Shown: positions 16,676 to 27,511, counted from the first letter of the stretch. The stretch is DNA of 64,000 bases from Nitrospirota bacterium (GCA_009773415.1 WSNO01000008.1:9600-73599), one strand, 5' to 3'. The notes: generated by a model not told the origin, from the letters alone. Made by a program: numbers and translations.

Positions 16676-18001
16676 TTACTGCTTTACCTGAAACACTTCA
16701 GTGCCGAGCAGAATGACCGCAACTGCCGCAAGCACCGCTTTTGCCGTTGCCGCGGTAAAGCCGATGACGAATGCCTTGCCGCCGGCCTTGCGCAGGTCTT
16801 CAAACGCAATGTTTAAACCGACGCCGGCAAACCCGATTGCAAAGAACACCTTCAGAAGCTCTCTGCCGAGAATGTTTTTCTGTTCAGTAGAGAACACGCC
16901 CATTTCGTTAAGCGTAACCATCACAAAGAACCCGAGAATAAAGACCGGGAACTTGTCCTTGATAACCTGCCATGCGTTCAGTTTCTGTCCGGCTGCTTTA
17001 CCTGCTGCAGTTGCAGGCTTGATAACGTAGAAGTAAATTGCCCAAATAACGACGAGCGGAATGAACCCGACGCGCACAATGTTGATGATATTGGCGGTCA
17101 GCAGCGCTTCATGCCCGTACCACGATGCCGCGGCGACAAGCTGCGCGGTATTCAGAATAGCCGTCCCGACCCATGCGCCGAAGACCGGCTGCGACATGCC
17201 GAGCGCCTGCCCGATATACGGAAAGGTAAACAGACAGAGCGTGCCGAAGAGAAGAATCGTGCCTATTGCGTAAAAAAAGTCACGCGGCTTGGCATTGACG
17301 ACCGGGGCCGCCGCCACCGCTGCAGACACTCCGCAAACGCCGACGCCTGCACCCATAACACCTGCCAACCCATCATCGATATTCGACTTTCGCCCCCAGT
17401 ACGAAATGAGGATCTGGGTTCCCATGACAAACGCGATAACCAGAGCAAGCCCAAAGGCTCCGACCTTCAGAACATCGGACCACAAGTAAAATGCCCCGAG
17501 AATAACGATGCCGGGTTTAATGATTGGCCGCGCCGCAATGGTTCCTGCCTGGAAGATTTTCGGCAATCCGATGGTATTCCGTACAAACATGCCGCCGAGC
17601 AGAAGCACGGCAACGTAGGTCAGCTGAAACTGCAGCACCCGTTCGCCAACAGTGTATTTGAAGGGCATTTCCTTGGTCAGGGCAAGCTGTTCATAGTCCT
17701 CTTTCGGAAGAACCGTTGAGCGGCGGGGCTTCTGCTTCGCCTTGCCCTCTTCGAATTCCTTCATTTTTGCCTTGAAGCTCTCATCCTTTTTTGCCATGTA
17801 TTCTGCAAAAGGCAGAATGGGTTTCCCTTCTTTTTCCGCCTTTAGTATTACCGCTGCCTCTTTCTGGTTGCTTGCCCAGACACTGGTCATCTCATCCCAC
17901 TGAAGTGCCAGCCAGCCGAGCATAACGCACAGCAACAGACCGGGCAACATCTTGGGAAGCGACTTGAGACTGAAATCTACGCCAATACCTCCGCCTGCCA
18001 T
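16676..18001 (-). CDS. YeiH/UPF0324-family membrane transporter (putative sulfate-exporter family) with an extra hydrophilic loop after TM1
   Basis: GAGVGVCGVSAAVAAAPVVNA, LNTAQLVAAA and GLNIAFEDLRKAGGKAF align with E. coli YeiH (GAGSSICGAAAVLATEPVVKA, HEVAQVVAAG, GLTTHVSALKKAGAKP). Confidence 0.8.
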   Translation of the reverse strand: MAGGGIGVDFSLKSLPKMLPGLLLCVMLGWLALQWDEMTSVWASNQKEAAVILKAEKEGKPILPFAEYMAKKDESFKAKMKEFEEGKAKQKPRRSTVLPKEDYEQLALTKEMPFKYTVGERVLQFQLTYVAVLLLGGMFVRNTIGLPKIFQAGTIAARPIIKPGIVILGAFYLWSDVLKVGAFGLALVIAFVMGTQILISYWGRKSNIDDGLAGVMGAGVGVCGVSAAVAAAPVVNAKPRDFFYAIGTILLFGTLCLFTFPYIGQALGMSQPVFGAWVGTAILNTAQLVAAASWYGHEALLTANIINIVRVGFIPLVVIWAIYFYVIKPATAAGKAAGQKLNAWQVIKDKFPVFILGFFVMVTLNEMGVFSTEQKNILGRELLKVFFAIGFAGVGLNIAFEDLRKAGGKAFVIGFTAATAKAVLAAVAVILLGTEVFQVKQ

Positions 18002-18023
18002 TGTATTCCTCCTCTTCTATATT

Positions 18024-18182
18024 TTAAATAAACAGTGATTTATAGAATTTCGGGCCGATGATCCCGGCAACCACCAGCAGTACGGTAATGGTTGAAATGA
18101 TCAGGACGACAAAATCTTCCTTCCGTTCTGCCGAAAAGGTGCTTGCCGCCTTGTCTTTCCACTCCTGGTTCTGATCGGACAT
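18024..18182 (-). CDS. Small (52 aa) single-TM membrane protein, below the ORF-track cutoff
   Basis: The ATG at 18182 has a GGAGGAAAGAAT RBS. The product is MSDQNQEWKDKAASTFSAERKEDFVVLIISTITVLLVVAGIIGPKFYKSLFI, and the gene fills the gap between the USP and YeiH-like genes. Confidence 0.45.
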   Translation of the reverse strand: MSDQNQEWKDKAASTFSAERKEDFVVLIISTITVLLVVAGIIGPKFYKSLFI

Positions 18183-18206
18183 ATTCTTTCCTCCATCTTT
18201 CTTTCG

Positions 18207-18626
18207 TTATTTGACAACCGTTACCGGACAGGGCGCCCACTCAACGAGTCGGGCAGACACGCTTCCCATTGCAAGTTTCTTTACACCGTGCTTGCCATGC
18301 GAGGCAACGATGATTTCATCGGCCTTTTCCTGCCTGGCAACCTCGATAATTGCCTCAGCCGGACTTCCTTTTTCAATGATGCCGCGGGCCGCCACCCCTG
18401 CGGCTGCCGTTTTCGCGAGAGCGGCCTTCATGATCCCCTCTGCCTCCTTCATGACAAGCGTCGAGATGGTATCACAATCGACCTCAGCGAGCCCTATAGG
18501 GCACCACTCTTCAGCAATGCTCACAACAATGATTTCGGCTGGACCTGCCTTTGCTGCTTCTATTGCCCGGTCAAGCGACTTCCCTGCTTCCTGCGACCCG
18601 TCCGTTGCAACAAGGATTTTTTTCAT
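18207..18626 (-). CDS. Universal stress protein (UspA family)
   Basis: MKKILVATDGSQEAGKSLDRAIE...IIVASHGKHGVKKLAMGSVSARLV. The ATG at 18626 has a GAGGAGG RBS. The longer track ORF (to 18941) would run over the promoter and into the regulator gene. Confidence 0.85.
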   Translation of the reverse strand: MKKILVATDGSQEAGKSLDRAIEAAKAGPAEIIVVSIAEEWCPIGLAEVDCDTISTLVMKEAEGIMKAALAKTAAAGVAARGIIEKGSPAEAIIEVARQEKADEIIVASHGKHGVKKLAMGSVSARLVEWAPCPVTVVK

Positions 18627-18694
18627 GACTGCGCCTCCTCTGGTTGGACATGCATTTCGGCACGCCAGCTGATTTACAGCTGTATGGAGCAGAA

Positions 18695-18710
18695 TGCAAA
18701 TCAGGTGCCA
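18695..18710 (-). promoter_or_regulatory. Sigma-54 (-24/-12) promoter, perfect consensus
   Basis: The minus strand reads TGGCAC-CTGAT-TTGCA, 70 nt upstream of the USP ATG. It sits directly downstream of a sigma-54 response-regulator gene. Confidence 0.8.
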
Positions 18711-18766
18711 GGGAATTAACCAGTTGATTATTGAAGGTAATTTAAAAAAAGCGCGGGAGATCTGAG

Positions 18767-18811
18767 CCCGATCGGGAACGGTGGAAAGGATTACTGTTCC
18801 CGATCGGGAAC
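18767..18811. promoter_or_regulatory. Two copies of a CCCGATCGGGAAC palindrome (candidate enhancer/UAS; could alternatively fold as a terminator hairpin)
   Basis: The copies are CCCGATCGGGAAC at 18767..18779 and GTTCCCGATCGGGAAC at 18796..18811. Their centres are 32 bp apart, at about -88 and -120 from the predicted start of the sigma-54 promoter. Confidence 0.4.
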
Positions 18812-20167
18812 ATCCTCTATTCCGTAATCTTTCATTTTTTTCCAGAGCACCTTGCGGCTGATACCGAGAAGTTCCGCTGCCTCTTGCTTTTTTCCGGACG
18901 TGTCCTGCAGGGCTTTCAGGATACGCCTCTTTTCGAAACACCGGACGCTCTCCTCAAGCGAAAGGGGCGCTGAACCGCATGCCGACTCCTGCGCTCCCTG
19001 CAGCATTTCATCAGGAAGAACACGCACATCGACAACCCCGTCTTTTGCGAAAATTACGGCGCGCTCGAGGGCATGTTTCAGCTCGCGGACATTTCCGGGG
19101 TAACGATACGACAACAGCATGTCATATGCCTGCGGCGTAACCGCAAGGCTTCCCTTGTTGAACTGCTTTGAAAAGACCCGGACGAAATGGTCGATAAAAT
19201 AAGGGATATCCTCCGGACGTTCGCGCAGCGGCGGAAGCTTGATAGGAACGACATTGATGCGATAAAACAGATCGCTTCGAAAGGTTCCGGCAGCCACGCA
19301 CTCTTTAAGGTTCTTGCCCGAAGCGCAAATAGTACGAACATCGACCGGAATAGGCACATTGCTTCCAAGCCGGGTTACCGTTTTTTCTTCCAGCACGCGC
19401 AGCAGCTTCGGCTGAAGCGCCGGCGGAATATCGGCAATCTCATCGAAAAAAATCGACCCGCCATGTGCAAATTCGAACCTGCCTTTTCTCATTTCATGGG
19501 CCCCGGTAAACGCTCCTTTTTCCGCGCCGAAAAGCTCCGACTCAAACAGATTCTCCGGCATGGCAGCACAATTGATTTTTATAAACGGCTTATCGCTCCG
19601 GCCGCTCAGACCGTGGACAGCATTTGCGACCAGCTCTTTTCCGGTGCCGCTCTCTCCCTGAATCAGAACCGGAACATCAGTTGCTGCAACGGCCGCTGTC
19701 CGGTCGAACACATCCATCATTGCCGGACTTGCCCCGATAAAATCGGCAAACCCTCGCCTCTCTTTCAGGCTTTCACGGAGGCGAAAGACCTCATCTTCCA
19801 GCTTCCGGTATTTCAGATACCGTTCTACCGCGACAATCAGCTCGTCATTTGAAAACGGTTTCGCGATGTAGTCGAATGCGCCTTCCTTGATGGCCTTAAC
19901 CGCATCCCTTACCTCTGCATATGCGGTAATTATGATGACACCAGCATTCGGGGCTTTTTCGCGCGCGACCTCAAGGATTTCAAATCCGCTGCGCCGGGGC
20001 AATTTCAGATCGGTAATAATGAGATCAAAGCGCTCCCGGAGGATCGCATCAATGCCGTGATCCCCGTCCGCGCAGGGAGAAACGGCAAACCCTTGAGAAG
20101 TCAGGAAATGCTGCATGCCGAGCCGCATGGAAGGCTCATCCTCGATAAGCAGTATCTTTATTTTCAT
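18791..20167 (-). CDS. Sigma-54-dependent response regulator (REC-AAA+-HTH, NtrC family)
   Basis: It has a REC domain (LIITDLKLP), [20 protein letters not shown] and a C-terminal Fis-type HTH. Confidence 0.92.
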   Translation of the reverse strand: MKIKILLIEDEPSMRLGMQHFLTSQGFAVSPCADGDHGIDAILRERFDLIITDLKLPRRSGFEILEVAREKAPNAGVIIITAYAEVRDAVKAIKEGAFDYIAKPFSNDELIVAVERYLKYRKLEDEVFRLRESLKERRGFADFIGASPAMMDVFDRTAAVAATDVPVLIQGESGTGKELVANAVHGLSGRSDKPFIKINCAAMPENLFESELFGAEKGAFTGAHEMRKGRFEFAHGGSIFFDEIADIPPALQPKLLRVLEEKTVTRLGSNVPIPVDVRTICASGKNLKECVAAGTFRSDLFYRINVVPIKLPPLRERPEDIPYFIDHFVRVFSKQFNKGSLAVTPQAYDMLLSYRYPGNVRELKHALERAVIFAKDGVVDVRVLPDEMLQGAQESACGSAPLSLEESVRCFEKRRILKALQDTSGKKQEAAELLGISRKVLWKKMKDYGIEDVPDREQ

Positions 20168-21765
20168 GGAGCTGTCGGGAATTTCACCAGAAAAACCGTG
20201 CCTTCCGATGATGTTTTTACTTCAATAGTCCCGCGATGCTGTTCAATGATAGCCTTGCTGACCGTGAGGCCGATTCCCGTTCCCTCCCCGACATCTTTAG
20301 TGGTAAAAAAGGGATCGAAAATGTGTTCCAGGATATCGGGCCGGATGCCTGGACCGGTGTCGGCGACGCTCACGACGCAAAAAGATCCCTCCTGCAGCGA
20401 AGCAACCGTAATGCTCCCCCTTGGCGGCACTGCGTGGATTGCGTTGAGAATAAGATTCAGAAAGACCTGCTCCAGCTTGTTTGCATCTGCCCGAATGCCG
20501 GGAAGATCTTCGGCAAGCTCAGCTTTTAAATGGATCCCCTTTTTCTCAATAATGAAATCAGTGAGCTGCAGAACGTTCTGCACAATCTCTTTCAGTGAAA
20601 CGTTCTGCATCAATAGCGGTGAGTTTTTTGAATAATCAAGCAACTGCCGCACAATTGTCTGGATGCGGTCCAGCCCGTCGTTCACCAATCGAATGTGCTC
20701 CTCGCGCGTCTGCTCATCCATCGGCGTCTTGAGCAGATTATTGAAGCACAGCTTGATACCGCCGAGCGGGTTGTTGATTTCGTGAGCCACTCCTGCCGAC
20801 AGCTGCCCAAGTGCGGCCAGCTTCTCGGTCTGCATCATCTGTTTTTCAAGGGCTGCGGCGGCCCGCACTTTTTCCTGCGCATCATGGAGGTGCTGGGCAA
20901 GCATGTTGAATGACGCTGTGAGGTTGCCTATCTCGTCAGGCCGGTCCGCGGGACGCTCCGCACGCAAAGGCTCCTTCCCGTCGGCAATATTTCTGAAGGT
21001 GCGAGAAAGTTTGTACAGCGGCTTGCTGACCAGCAGACGAAATGTGACATACAGACCTGAAAACAGCGCCGTAAGCGCCAGAAGTCCGAACAAAAACGTA
21101 TCGAAAGCAAATTTCCTTACCTGGGCGAACGCAACGTCGAGAGGGATTGCGACCGACTCGACGCCGACGACCGCATCAGCTTTCCAGCCGAACATTGAGC
21201 CGTCTCCGTAGAGCTTCCGCACGGTCTTCGGGATAGTGGCTGAACTGCCGTGGCACCAGAGACAGCTGACATCGGATATGACGGGGCGAACCGACATGAG
21301 CATGTCCCGGCCGCCTGCCGTTTCGATTCCCTGCCACAGGAGAATCTTGGGGTTCTCGTTGAAATGCCGGATCATCCTGCTTTCAAAATCGTTTGCCTTG
21401 TTGGCAGGGTTCAGCGGAGAGTCCGAGGTGCGGCGAAACTGATATTCGGGAAGATCCTTGTTAAAGCGCCGCATTACCTGCTGGGTAACATGCGTGGTGG
21501 ACATCGCTTCGATGACGAATTCCTCTTCAGATTTCGACTCGCGGAGAAGTTGATACATTTTCGGACGCAGGGTATCCCGAACGTACCCCCCGAGAGCTTT
21601 CGTGTGAGACATGATTATCTGGGTTTTGTCCTTGGCGTCCTGAACTGCCTGCTGCTTGAGATAGAAATAGAGCGAAATCGAAAGCACGGCACAAACCACG
21701 AACAGCAATCCGCCCATTGCAAGACTGAACTTGAAACCGAGGCTGTACCCCAGGCGCTTTAACAT
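20164..21765 (-). CDS. Sensor histidine kinase with periplasmic CXXCH heme-type sensor domain (DUF3365-like), HAMP, HisKA, HATPase
   Basis: TM1 is followed by a ~180-aa loop containing CLWCH (21250..21264), then TM2, HAMP, the H-box (SAGVAHEINNPL) and the N/G boxes. A 4-nt ATGA overlap links it to the regulator gene. Confidence 0.9.
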   Translation of the reverse strand: MLKRLGYSLGFKFSLAMGGLLFVVCAVLSISLYFYLKQQAVQDAKDKTQIIMSHTKALGGYVRDTLRPKMYQLLRESKSEEEFVIEAMSTTHVTQQVMRRFNKDLPEYQFRRTSDSPLNPANKANDFESRMIRHFNENPKILLWQGIETAGGRDMLMSVRPVISDVSCLWCHGSSATIPKTVRKLYGDGSMFGWKADAVVGVESVAIPLDVAFAQVRKFAFDTFLFGLLALTALFSGLYVTFRLLVSKPLYKLSRTFRNIADGKEPLRAERPADRPDEIGNLTASFNMLAQHLHDAQEKVRAAAALEKQMMQTEKLAALGQLSAGVAHEINNPLGGIKLCFNNLLKTPMDEQTREEHIRLVNDGLDRIQTIVRQLLDYSKNSPLLMQNVSLKEIVQNVLQLTDFIIEKKGIHLKAELAEDLPGIRADANKLEQVFLNLILNAIHAVPPRGSITVASLQEGSFCVVSVADTGPGIRPDILEHIFDPFFTTKDVGEGTGIGLTVSKAIIEQHRGTIEVKTSSEGTVFLVKFPTAP

Positions 21766-22017
21766 AGTGCAATTTTACCACAGCCGCTCAGTTCCGAACC
21801 TCTGACGTACCAAAAGCGGGGAAAAGGTCTCCGGAAAGATCAGCGTTATCAGGTCAGCACGAACCGTTTTATTGATTAAATTTATTATTTAACAATGAGT
21901 TATAATTTACCCTCCCCTAGCCTGTCAGTTGAATTTCGACCCATGACATGCTAAGATAATCAGGTATCTCTTGAGAGCTATGTTGACCAAACCACAGGAA
22001 GAGAGACGCTCACACTC

Positions 22018-23274
22018 ATGGCACTAATCATTCCCTTCAGAGGGGTCCTCTTTAATTCCAAAATAGTAGCCGGAAACGACGTAGTAGCGCCGCCGTACGA
22101 CATTATTTCTCCTGCCCAGAAAGATCGACTGTACGAGAAGAGCGCCTGCAATATTGTCCGCATCGACTTCGGGAAAGACTTGCCGGAAGATTCCGCCGCT
22201 GACAATAAATACACGCGCGCCCGCTCCGCCTTTGATGAGTGGCTGGAGGCTGGAATTCTGGTTCAGGACGCCGCTCCCGCCTTTTATGGCTACGAAATCA
22301 GCTACCCGCTCTTCGGCGAAAGGCTTGTATTGCGAGGGATGCTCGGCCTGCTGAAGCTCGAGGAGCTCGGCACAGGGGTGTTCCCGCATGAAGAGACCAG
22401 GCCGAAGGCGAAGGCAGATCGCCTGAATCTCATGTACGCGACCCGCTCCAACACGAGCCCTATTTTCGGTCTGTACAACAGCCCGGCAAATGTAAGCAAC
22501 AAGCTCATCAGCGGTATCACCGAAGCCCCGTATCTTTCCGCTGCAGACCAGGATGGAGCTGAACACCGCCTTCATAAAATCGCCGGAGCAGAAGAGATGC
22601 GCCTGATACAGGCCGACCTGTCGGGCAAGCCGATATTCATCGCAGACGGCCACCACCGGTATGAAGTAGCGCTGGCATTCAAAAAAGAGATGGATCAGAA
22701 GGCCGGTCGCTCCGCTGATGATTCTGCCCCGCGCCCGTGGGACTATGTGCTCATGTTCTTTGCGAACATGGCTGATGAGGGGTTGACGATTCTCCCGACT
22801 CATCGCCTTGTAAAAGGCATACCATCGCCGCAGGCGGTTCTCGACAAGCTCACGCCTGACTTTGAGATTGTCGCTATGCCGGAGAGCGCCGACATCAGCT
22901 CAACCCTGCGTTCCGAGGGAAAGCACTCGTTCGGTCTGTATATGCGCAGCCAGAAAGGGTGGAACCTGCTCCGCTATCGTGGCGGCAAGCTGATGGATGT
23001 GCATGCCGCACTCGGCGACCTGGATGTTGTCATTATGCACGAACTCATCATCAATCGCGACCTTATGGTGAGTGAAATAGCCTATGAGATGAGCGTAACG
23101 GAGTCGGTCAGCCGTGTGAACAGCGGTGAATTTAACGCTGCTTTTTTCCTGAATGCAACAGGAGTTGACGACTTGGAACGTGTCGCCGGTGCAGGCCTCA
23201 GAATGCCCGCCAAGTCGACCTATTTTTACCCGAAACTGCTCACCGGCCTTGTCATAAACAGATTCGGCGAGTAA
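22018..23274 (+). CDS. DUF1015 family protein
   Basis: The N-terminus IIPFRGVLFN...VVAPPYDIISPAQKDRLYE, IADGHHRYE and LPTHRLV are hallmarks of DUF1015. Confidence 0.85.
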   Translation: MALIIPFRGVLFNSKIVAGNDVVAPPYDIISPAQKDRLYEKSACNIVRIDFGKDLPEDSAADNKYTRARSAFDEWLEAGILVQDAAPAFYGYEISYPLFGERLVLRGMLGLLKLEELGTGVFPHEETRPKAKADRLNLMYATRSNTSPIFGLYNSPANVSNKLISGITEAPYLSAADQDGAEHRLHKIAGAEEMRLIQADLSGKPIFIADGHHRYEVALAFKKEMDQKAGRSADDSAPRPWDYVLMFFANMADEGLTILPTHRLVKGIPSPQAVLDKLTPDFEIVAMPESADISSTLRSEGKHSFGLYMRSQKGWNLLRYRGGKLMDVHAALGDLDVVIMHELIINRDLMVSEIAYEMSVTESVSRVNSGEFNAAFFLNATGVDDLERVAGAGLRMPAKSTYFYPKLLTGLVINRFGE

Positions 23275-23282
23275 CCGTATAA

Positions 23283-24356
<1,074 letters not shown>

Positions 24357-24358
24357 CC

Positions 24359-25597
24359 ATGGCACGCGGCAGCGGAGTGCCTGCGGAGATCAAGGATATT
24401 CTGAACAAGCTCACCATTGAAGAACTGCCCATCCAAGGCAAGCGGGTCTTTATTCGTGCCGACTTCAACGTGCCGATTGACGGCAACATGATGATCACCG
24501 ACGACCGCCGCATCCGCTCTACGCTTCCGACAATTAATTATGCAATCGATGAAGGGGCGAAGGTCATACTCGCTTCTCACCTCGGACGGCCGAAGGGGAA
24601 ACCAGACCCCCGGTATTCGCTCGCACCGGTCGCAAAGCGTCTTCAGCGCCTCCTGAACAAGGAGGTTGTCTTCGCTTCCGACTGCATCGGTCCGCAGGTT
24701 GAGAACCTTGTCGAAAAAATGAAGCCAGGTGATGTCCTAGTGCTCGAAAATCTCCGCTATCATGCCGGAGAAGAGAAAAACGACGAAATATTTGCCAAAG
24801 CGCTCGCCAGGCTGGCTGACTTTTATGTCAACGACGCCTTCGGGGCGGCGCATCGCCTGCACGCCTCAACCGGCGGCATAACAAAATTTCTTCCTTCTGC
24901 TGCCGGATTCCTCATGAAAAAGGAGATCGAGTATCTGAAGGGCGCGGTTGAAACCCCCGTCCGCCCCTTTGTCGCAATACTCGGCGGATCGAAGGTTTCG
25001 GGCAAAATTGGCGTTCTTGAGCATCTGGCCGACAAGGTCGACAAGGTCATAGTCGGCGGCGGCATGGCGTTCACGTTTATCAAGGCGATGGGATACGAGG
25101 TCGGCGATTCGCTCTGCGAGACCGATATGCTTGAACTTGCCGGCAACATCGTCACGAAACTTCGCCAGAACAATGTAAAGTTCTACCTGCCGGTCGACTG
25201 TGTCATCGCGCAGACTGTTGAGGCGGGCGCGGAGACAAAAATCGTGACCACTCAGGAAATACCGAAGGGATGGAGGGCGCTTGATATCGGCCCTGCTTCA
25301 GTAAAGCTCTTTTCTGCTGCGCTTCAGGATGCCAAGACGATTATCTGGAACGGGCCGATGGGTGTGTTCGAGATCGATGCGTTTTCACGCGGCACCTATG
25401 CGATTGCACATTCTGTTGCCGATGCGTATGCAATGACGATTATCGGGGGCGGAGACACTGATTTTGCGGTGCATAAGGCCGGCGTCACCGATGCCATGTC
25501 GTTCATTTCCACCGGCGGCGGCGCATCTCTGCAGCTGTTGGAAGGAAAGGATCTGCCGGGAATTGCCGCATTGACAGATCGGGATACGCAGGCGTAA
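24359..25597 (+). CDS. pgk: Phosphoglycerate kinase
   Basis: It has [26 protein letters not shown] and STGGGASL. Confidence 0.95.
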   Translation: MARGSGVPAEIKDILNKLTIEELPIQGKRVFIRADFNVPIDGNMMITDDRRIRSTLPTINYAIDEGAKVILASHLGRPKGKPDPRYSLAPVAKRLQRLLNKEVVFASDCIGPQVENLVEKMKPGDVLVLENLRYHAGEEKNDEIFAKALARLADFYVNDAFGAAHRLHASTGGITKFLPSAAGFLMKKEIEYLKGAVETPVRPFVAILGGSKVSGKIGVLEHLADKVDKVIVGGGMAFTFIKAMGYEVGDSLCETDMLELAGNIVTKLRQNNVKFYLPVDCVIAQTVEAGAETKIVTTQEIPKGWRALDIGPASVKLFSAALQDAKTIIWNGPMGVFEIDAFSRGTYAIAHSVADAYAMTIIGGGDTDFAVHKAGVTDAMSFISTGGGASLQLLEGKDLPGIAALTDRDTQA

Positions 25598-25612
25598 CTA
25601 CACAGAAGCGCA

Positions 25613-25658
25613 TAAAAAACGAGGGATGAGGCTTATTAGCCTCATCCCTCGTTTCATT
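25613..25658. terminator. Bidirectional rho-independent terminator between pgk and speH
   Basis: AAAAAACGAGGGATGAGGCT-TATT-AGCCTCATCCCTCGTTT forms a 15-bp perfect stem flanked by an A-run and a T-run. Confidence 0.85.
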
Positions 25659-25672
25659 CTCAAAAACCTTCG

Positions 25673-26212
25673 TCAGGAAACCAGCTGCAGTTTGCTCTCA
25701 GCCCCGCTGTCACATGCTTTGAACGGCAACTTTTCGGTCAACGAAAGAATACCGCGCTTCATCTCAACTATCGACGGCTGCTTGCATTGGAACTGCTCGA
25801 TGATGAACTGAGCCGCATCCTCAGGCTTGATGACATCTCCGCAGGTAAATATGTCGACTGCTGCATAACCATATTCAGGCCAGGTGTGGATAGAGAGGTG
25901 TGATTCAGCGATAACGACCATGCCACTGATGCCGAACGGGCTGAACTCATGGAAGGATACATCGATGATTGTTGCCTTGGCGTACTTTGCGGCAGAGACC
26001 ATAGCCTCTTTTACCTTGCCAAGGTCTTTGAGAATCTCGTGATTGCAGTCCTTCAACTCCACTAAAAGATGGGTACCTAAAGCATACAATTCCTTGCCCT
26101 CCTTAACGCAGTCTAGGCAGGGGATAATCCCCTCCTGAGCTTTGTATATTACGGCACCCCGCGTTTTCTTGTCAAGAAAAACGCCGAACCGCCTCCCGAT
26201 TGCAAAAAACAT
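25673..26212 (-). CDS. speH: S-adenosylmethionine decarboxylase proenzyme (SpeH type); N-terminal ~40 aa extension / start uncertain
   Basis: GISGMVVIAESHLSIHTWPEYGYAAVDIFTCGD is the self-processing ES site and core motif. Confidence 0.85.
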   Translation of the reverse strand: MFFAIGRRFGVFLDKKTRGAVIYKAQEGIIPCLDCVKEGKELYALGTHLLVELKDCNHEILKDLGKVKEAMVSAAKYAKATIIDVSFHEFSPFGISGMVVIAESHLSIHTWPEYGYAAVDIFTCGDVIKPEDAAQFIIEQFQCKQPSIVEMKRGILSLTEKLPFKACDSGAESKLQLVS

Positions 26213-26262
26213 GCTATCCCCTTATTATGTAGGGATTATATTACGCCCATAAGGAGAGGTGC

Positions 26263-27471
26263 ATGCAGCAGATTATCAACTCATTGATCCAGAAAAACAG
26301 CTCAAAAATCGTCCTTGTTGTCCTGGATGGCTTGGGAGGTCTCCCGGTCAATGGAAAAACGGAACTCGAAGCTGCCGACACCCCGAATCTTGACGCGCTT
26401 GCACGCACCTCGGCATGTGGGCTCCATATTCCCGTGGCGCCCGGCATAACGCCCGGCAGCGGGCCTGGGCATCTCGCGCTCTTTGGCTATGACCCGGTAG
26501 CGTGTCCTATCGGCCGCGGCATTCTCGAAGCGCTCGGCCTCGGCATGGAGATTCGGAAAACCGACGTTGCCGTGCGCTGCAATTACTCGACTATCAGGGA
26601 CGGCGCCATTCAGGACCGCCGGGCCGGACGTATTCCGACAGAACAGAACAGACTGTTAACTGCAAAACTGCAAAAGGCCGTCACCAAAATTGATGATGTC
26701 AATGTGATGATTTCCGCAGGCATGGAACACCGGTTCGCTGTCCGTTTCCGGTTTCCTGAAGCATTGCCGCCTGATTCAGCCCTGATAGCCGATACTGACC
26801 CGCAAAAAGAAGGTCTTATGCCGCTGCCGCCGAAAGCTGCCACCGGAAATGCCGGGCGGGTTGCCGCTGTCGCAGAAAAATTCATAGAACAAGCTTCTTC
26901 AGTGCTCAAAAACGAGGAAAAAGCCAATTTTCTTCTCATGCGCGGATTTTCTACTATGCCCGACATCCCCATGTTCGGGGAAGCATACGGCATGAAGGCT
27001 CTTGCGATTGCCACCTATCCGATGTACCGGGGACTGGCGCGCCTGATAGAAATGGATGCCCCCATTGTCGAGGGCGGGGTTGCGGATGAAATCAACTTTC
27101 TGAAAAAAAATTACGACAAATACGACTTTTTCTTTCTTCATGTGAAAAAAATCGATTCTTATGGCGAAGACGGCAATTTCGAAGGCAAAAAAGAACGCAT
27201 TGAGGAGTTCGATGCCCTGCTTCCGGATATCCTTGCGATCAAGCCGGACGTTCTGATTATCACCGGCGACCACTCAACTCCGGTTGCAATGAGCGGCCAC
27301 AGCTGGCATCCGGTGCCAATCATACTGAAAGGGCCTTATGTATATGGGGGATTCTGCGAAAAGTTCTCTGAACGTGAATGCCACAGGGGTGAACTTGGCA
27401 TATTCCCGTCTGTACATATCATGCCGCTAGCCATGGCGAATGCGATGAGGCTCAAGAAGTTCGGAGCATAA
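26263..27471 (+). CDS. apgM: Cofactor-independent phosphoglycerate mutase, archaeal/ApgM type
   Basis: The ~400-aa length and the motifs VLDGLGGLP, DTPNLD, LHVKKIDSYGEDG and ITGDHSTP match the ApgM type. Confidence 0.88.
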   Translation: MQQIINSLIQKNSSKIVLVVLDGLGGLPVNGKTELEAADTPNLDALARTSACGLHIPVAPGITPGSGPGHLALFGYDPVACPIGRGILEALGLGMEIRKTDVAVRCNYSTIRDGAIQDRRAGRIPTEQNRLLTAKLQKAVTKIDDVNVMISAGMEHRFAVRFRFPEALPPDSALIADTDPQKEGLMPLPPKAATGNAGRVAAVAEKFIEQASSVLKNEEKANFLLMRGFSTMPDIPMFGEAYGMKALAIATYPMYRGLARLIEMDAPIVEGGVADEINFLKKNYDKYDFFFLHVKKIDSYGEDGNFEGKKERIEEFDALLPDILAIKPDVLIITGDHSTPVAMSGHSWHPVPIILKGPYVYGGFCEKFSERECHRGELGIFPSVHIMPLAMANAMRLKKFGA

Positions 27472-27511
27472 TGACCATCAAATACTGACAGCATGCAAAA
27501 ATCGCGCTGCA

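Noticed and set aside
18627-18941. A 105-aa N-terminal extension of the USP ORF (track ORF 18207..18941).
   Set aside because: The extension would cross the perfect sigma-54 promoter and overlap the 3' end of the regulator gene. The internal ATG at 18626 has a strong RBS and gives a normal-length USP.
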